Source of the DNA: Azolla caroliniana
Lineage: Eukaryota > Plantae > Polypodiophyta
Length of the DNA: 9,431 nucleotides
Assembly: GCA_043228905.1 (NCBI GenBank)
Contig: JBHGNT010001359.1
Location: 1 to 9,431, forward strand
Direction: 5' to 3'
Positions within the stretch are counted from its first letter, which is position 1; each line of letters begins with the position of its first letter. This document shows positions 1 to 9,431 of this stretch, piece by piece. The notes below the pieces were generated by a model. That model worked only from the letters and a program-made list of their open reading frames with translations. It was not told where the DNA came from and searched no databases. The position numbers and the translations under genes are program-made.

Positions 1-1251
1 TTAGCAATTGCAGCAACAAAAAGTTGGAAATTTGTTCAATTAGATGTAAAAAATGCTTTTCTAAATGGTGAGTTGTTGGAAGAAATATATATGGAACAAC
101 CAGAAGGGCATGTACACCCTAATTTTCCGACTTATATTTGTAAGCGTAAGAAAGCTTTATATGGGTTAAAGCAAGCTCCAAGAGCATGGTACCACCAATT
201 GGTGGTATATTTGATGCAAAATGGTTTTAGAGAATCTGATGTTGATCTTTCTTTGTTTGTGAATGTGACAAAAGGAAAACTCATTGCTATATGCATTTAT
301 GTTGATGATTTTATCGTTGCAGGCGATGATGATGAGAATATCAATGATGTTAGAAGGAAGCTGAAATCTAAATTCAAAATTTCATATCTTGGCGAGTTGA
401 AATATTTCTTAGGTATGGAGATAATAAAAAAAGAAAATGAATTATGCTTATCGCAAAGAAACTACTTGCTTGATGTGCTTAAAAAGTTTGGAATGTCAGC
501 ATGTAAACCGTTACAAATACCTTTGGATGTTAATTCTAAGTTTACATGTGATGATGGTGAAAAGATTGAAGATTCTTAGCTATATAGAAGGATAATTGGG
601 TCATTGATTTATGCTACAATCACAAGGCTGGACATTGTTCATATTGTTGGCGTTTTGTCACAATTTATGCAGGAGCCCACTGTGAATCATTTAAAAGCTG
701 CTAGAAGAATTTTGAGATACATAAAAGGAACAATCAATTATGGTTTAATTTATGATAATGATGTTAATCTAGACCCAAAAGGATATTGTGATGTTGATTG
801 GGCTAGATCTCCAAATGATAGGAGAAGCATATCTGGATATGTGTTTATGATAGGTACAAAAACCATATCATGGAGTTCGAAGAAACAACCAACAGTAGCG
901 TTGTCATCGACAGAAGTAGAGTACAACTCTCTAGCAAATGCTACTTGTGAAGTGATGTGGTTGAAGAAGTTATTGGGTGATTTACAAATAAATTATGGTG
1001 ATCTTATTTTATGTTCAGATAGTATGTTAGCAATCTATTTAGTGAAGAATCCAGTATTTCATGCAAGGAGCAAACACATTGAACTTCACTATCATTTCAT
1101 AAGAGAAAAAGTGATAACCAAAGAGATTCTTTTGTTACATGTTAAGACATGTGATCAAGTTGCAGATATATTTACAAAGTTTTTGGATTCAGGAAAGTTA
1201 AAGAAGTTCATGCATCAAATGAACATGGGAGATATATCACCTCGAACTTGA
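1..1251 (+). mobile_element. Ty1/copia LTR retrotransposon pol 3' part (reverse transcriptase + RNase H), 5'-truncated by the window edge and interrupted by one in-frame stop
   Basis: Frame +1 is open from base 1: [41 protein letters not shown] (298-309), [12 protein letters not shown], then TAG at 577-579. It continues in the same frame with LYRRIIGSLIY, GYCDVDWA..DRRSISGY, ISWSSKKQPTVALSSTEVEY, NPVFHARSKHIELHYHFIRE, DQVADIFTK and TGA at 1249-1251. These are standard copia RT/RNase H motifs, and RNase H directly followed by PPT/LTR is copia order. Confidence 0.97.
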
Positions 1252-1258
1252 GGGAGAG
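1250..1258 (+). promoter_or_regulatory. Polypurine tract (plus-strand primer site) of the copia element
   Basis: GAGGGAGAG overlaps the pol stop codon and is immediately followed by TGTTAG, the typical copia PPT-LTR junction. Confidence 0.9.
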
Positions 1259-1723
1259 TGTTAGAAGTTAAGCTCATAATTGGAAGGACTTGAACACATG
1301 ACATATATGTTCATAGTTATTTGATTTAACTATAATACCATTATTGATTTATTATATTATATTATTCAATAGTCAATATTAGTTAATGACAAAGGTAATT
1401 GCATGTCATAATATATGCATGCAAAAGTGGTGTGCATGCAGAAAAGCATGTCTAACAAGTGGTGTTCATGCAAAAGTTCTTCACTAGTATAAAAGAAGGC
1501 TATAGGTTTTTGAGTGTAGAAGAATCATATATGTAAGAACTCTTCCTCCCTATATTGTATATGCATCTTTTCATTCTCATACTATGCTAGATTGAACCTT
1601 TCCTCTATATTTACGTTATTTGTTAATGTCTATGTTTCTATCTCTATACATGTATGTTATTTATTGATCTTGGAAGCCTACTACGTGTTTCGTTGTGCAT
1701 GTAGAGTTCTCAAAACTCTAATA
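1259..1723 (+). repeat. 3' LTR of the copia element (start firm, end tentative)
   Basis: Starts TGTTAGAAGTT after the PPT and contains short U3-like repeats, a TATAAAA box and a T-rich downstream part. AAC-TCTAATA ending at 1723 is an imperfect inverted copy of the start (expected AACTTCTAACA). An alternative end is TCTAACA at 1451-1457. The 5' LTR and TSD are outside the window. Confidence 0.65.
1488..1494 (+). promoter_or_regulatory. Putative TATA box of the LTR promoter
   Basis: TATAAAA followed by GAAGG, about 230 bp into the LTR; position and context are typical of plant LTRs. Confidence 0.5.
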
Positions 1724-2099
1724 AGAATTATGGATCAAGATGGAAGTGTTGTCGAAATGTAGAACGGGCTCAAGGTAGCAGATCAAGAGAGTGTTCAAGA
1801 TCATTGATGACAAGAAGCAATGAATTCCTCTCTTGTTGGTCCTCTGAATCGAAACTCAGAGGATATCCCTCTGAAGTTCTACTCACAAAACATACATCTA
1901 TATCTTCTAATCTATTTGCCAACTATCATGATGCTTTTCACAAATGATGTGTACTCAATCTAAAGAGACCATCAAGTTTATATCTTGTAAGTGTGAGTGT
2001 AAAGGATAAGTAAGGCTAAATGATAGTTTATGTATATGCACGATTGGATGGGTAACTTGCTGTAATTAATTAGGCTTAGTAAAAAGGTAGTTAGAGATA

Positions 2100-2147
2100 G
2101 TGTGTGTGCGAGAGAGTGAGTGAGTGTATGTGTGTGTGTGCACGTGT
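2100..2147. repeat. Compound (GT)n/(GA)n/(GAGT)n microsatellite
   Basis: gtgtgtgtgcgagagagtgagtgagtgtatgtgtgtgtgtgcacgtgt read directly. Confidence 0.8.
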
Positions 2148-3312
2148 AGGAAGAGAGTAATTTAGGCTTGGCTAAAGGGATGGTGGACAAAAGCAAGGGA
2201 AGGCAATTAAAGGTTCGTGTATAGACTAGGGGAGGCTAATCTTTGAGGGGTGAATAATTGTTGATGATTCAGAGATAAAACTATCAGGGTTCATGGGTCC
2301 AACAATATTTCACCTCTGCTACATTAATCGGTTTATCTATTTTATAATAATAAAATTATTTTCTAAATGATATATTTTTAATTGTTGCTTATTACAACTG
2401 TCTATGTCACATTGAGATTCTTATCCCAATTTTTTGCTTTGTTAATCATTTCAATAGTCATATAGTCACAATGGTTGTTACCTTTCGATCTCCTAATATC
2501 TCTTGGTTTGAGACCTTGGCAATTTTGCTTCAACACTTACGTGTTCACAAACCAACGAAACATCCCTATCCCTATCCACTTACGCATCCGCTTTTGTTGT
2601 CTTATTCATAGGAGAGGAGGGCCTTTTTGGATCAATTGGAGAAATATATGTACTAGTTATTTATTAGCCGAGATTTCAAGGAGACATGGCAACTCACAAG
2701 AGAACACTCTACATCTCCATGAACATATAGGGATATTGTGCAACTATTTTGCATCATGCCCTAGATCAAACACTTCAACTAGATAAGTCAAGGCCTCGTT
2801 AATCTTGCAAATGTTTAGAGGCTATCGTGTTTTAGTCCAACACTTGATCCCTCTTATTTGGTTTACCTTAGAAGCATGCAATGCAACATGTTTTTATTTA
2901 GTTGTAATAGACTTCTATAGGATTCACATGGATGTGTTACAACATGACAATATTTCATCCGCTCCAACCAATTGGGCATATTCTGTCAATTTTTTACATT
3001 CATTTTGTTGAGAAACACATATGTGCTTGCAACTAGTTATTGTATTATTATTATTTTATGTTATAAACTTATAAGTAGAGTGAATAATTTCCAAAGTATA
3101 CTTGGTACATAATGTCTTTTTTTCTTGTCTTAGTTTGTAAAGCGAACTTAAAAAAATCATTAGATTGGATTTTATTGCTTGAAAGACCTTGTTATTAAAA
3201 ACAAAAAAATGAGTGTCTTCTCAAGAGTGTGACAACATCATGGACACCTAAGAGTAGAAGAAGATTATGATTACAAAGTGTTCCGTTTGTCTACGGAAAG
3301 CTAGAATAGATA

Positions 3313-3370
3313 GTGGAATAAAATTGCATTGGGAAGGTCATTGTGGCATAAAATTACATCGGGAAGATCA
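3313..3370. repeat. Two-copy direct repeat, 30-bp period
   Basis: gtggaataaaattgcattgggaaggtca (3313-3340) vs gtggcataaaattacatcgggaagatca (3343-3370), 4 mismatches in 28. Confidence 0.8.
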
Positions 3371-3372
3371 AC

Positions 3373-3603
3373 AATGTGCCTAATAAGAGATATCGTTCAT
3401 TTTTTATGTGTAAACAAGAGAGATGGAATGTTAAAAAAAAAGGCTTGTATAAAAATATAGTCATGAACTCATCACTCATCTCAAAAGAAAGAATGTGCCT
3501 AATAAGAGATATCATTCATTTTTTTATGTGTAAAACAAGAGAGATGGAATGTTAAAAAAAAGGCTTGCATAAAAATATAGTCATGAACTCATCACTCATC
3601 TCA
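3373..3603. repeat. Two-copy tandem duplication, 119-bp period
   Basis: aatgtgcctaataagagatatc...gtcatgaactcatcactcatctca starts at 3373 and again at 3492; the copies differ by only a couple of substitutions and A-run lengths. Confidence 0.95.
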
Positions 3604-5214
3604 TAAGCATTGGGAAACCTTTTAAGGCTAGGAAGTGATTGCAAAAAGCTCTTCATCAATTCACCATGAAAAGAAGTGAGAAGGGATTTTATTTCCAATA
3701 ATGGTTTCCTTCATTTCTCATAAATCATAAATCAAATTTCTAACAAAAAGTGAATAAATTCTTGCGTGCTATTGATCCCAAAATATGACATGATTCTTGG
3801 AGATAGGCATAAAACCAAGGATATATTCTATTTAATACAAGCACTTGTTCTAATACTACAATTGGTTGAAAGATGATATTGACCATACACATTGATAAGA
3901 CCAATAAGACAATGAGCACGTTGTGTCTATATAAAATCAAAAGATACGAAGACAAGTGTTAAAATCACCATCACATCAAACACAAAGGTTCCCATATTTT
4001 GTACATACTTTTTGTTTTTTGTGATAAAATGTATTACAAGTTGGAAACCTCGAAAGAACACTTCCCCTTTTTGTGTGATACATATATGACAAGTGTGAAT
4101 CCTCAATAGAAGGTGAAAACCTCAAAATGAGCATATACAAACACAAGGATCCTAAAGTCTGCTCCATAATCAATCAACTAAAGGCATTCAAAGAAGAACA
4201 CAAAGTCACCCTAGAATATCATGAGAAGTATAGCAAGCACAATGAGACACCCAAAATGATTTTTGTGACGTAATGTAATATATGGATAAATTGGTGCCGA
4301 CATACATATATACAAGTACATATACATGTGTCATACATTCATATATTCGAATGCTAACAATATCCAAGCAACTATAAAATTTGAAGAAACATCAATCATC
4401 ATCATTTTTGTTAACAATGATGGTATGAAAGGAACATTTCCATGAAGAATTAACGAAAGAACAGTAGTTTTTTAAGATGCATAGTACTGCAGGGTGAAGG
4501 AACAAGAGACATATATACCTTAACATGGTTTCAGAACATATGAGCATATGGTGTTACAAGTAGGAGAACTATTCAGGACAAGTAAAAGAGATTACTTTAT
4601 GGAATCCCCTAACCAAATAAAGGAAAGCTAGATAAAAGTGTCATTGATTTATATCAGTAAAAGAAAAAACAAACATTGTTCATTCGAGTTCAAATCATTC
4701 TGGAATCTAAATAGATATTCATAGTTCTTATACAGAAAAGGGTGCAAGACCCAACTCTATATGATATGAGCATTTCTTACACAAAATATATCATATGCTA
4801 TAATGCTTTTTTTTTTTAATGTACACCAAGCATGTTGAGTTGTTAATGGAGGTTTTTTTAACTGACTTGATTCACATCCACGTGACAGCCAACCTTGCAA
4901 GTTAGAAGTTACACGCCATTATAGCTTGAGGTTCATCTTGAAAGCTTTCGCCAAAAAAAGCCTCCGACACCTGGCGTACGCAATGGTTGGACGAGAAAAT
5001 TTGGGACCCACGACTGTTTATTCGATAAAATAGCAACAATAACATTCGGACAGACCAAGGCATCAATCATGCATGCAATAACTATAAAAATTGGATTGGA
5101 TGATGATGATCATGCTTAAATGACATAAAAATGGAGGAGACTCCGACCATTGAATCCAGATGCTTAGGATGATGAATCTATGTGCCCATGCAGAGCAAAG
5201 AGCAAAAGATAAAG

Positions 5215-9376
<4,162 letters not shown>

Positions 9377-9431
9377 ATTGTATATGTAGTACTACTACTA
9401 CTGCTACACACAGACAGAGCAGGAAAAGAGG

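Noticed and set aside
73-1251. Two separate genes (ORFs 73-579 and 604-1251) or programmed stop readthrough at 577-579
   Set aside because: Both are the same frame of one pol. The stop lies inside RT and many other motif-breaking changes are present, so it is most simply a disabling mutation.
2475-3011. ORFs 2475-2786 and 2805-3011, or a decayed minus-strand frame
   Set aside because: No recognisable motifs, non-ATG starts, and stop density on the minus frame I read is about what AT-rich DNA gives by chance.
3326-3616. DNA transposon bounded by a 10-bp GCATTGGGAA target-site duplication
   Set aside because: No terminal inverted repeats are present inside the direct repeats.
3882-3972. LINE endonuclease-like motifs GDFN and INVYG on the minus strand
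   Set aside because: They are in the wrong order for an APE endonuclease and surrounded by stops; not supportable without a profile search.

Overview
Eukaryotic (land-plant-type), AT-rich nuclear DNA with three parts. (1) 1-~1723: the 3' end of a decayed Ty1/copia LTR retrotransposon on +: RT-RNase H in one frame with a single in-frame TAG at 577-579, a polypurine tract, and a 3' LTR starting TG at 1259. (2) ~1724-5200: a largely unexplained intergenic/3' region with microsatellites and a recent 119-bp tandem duplication. (3) 5215-9376 on the minus strand: a complete 9-coding-exon spermidine synthase (SPDS)-family aminopropyltransferase gene, assembled by hand into 1113 nt (370 aa from the first ATG). 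The most unusual thing I can see is that two of its eight introns (1 and 6) need non-canonical GC 5' splice sites (both AG|GCAT). These two introns are also the longest and the only ones with clear tandem duplications. The protein also differs at several normally conserved SPDS positions, some near the amine-acceptor pocket. I found no convincing wholly new system. The best leads are the GC-AG splicing and a possibly diverged SPDS paralogue. Comparisons to known proteins are from memory, not from a search.
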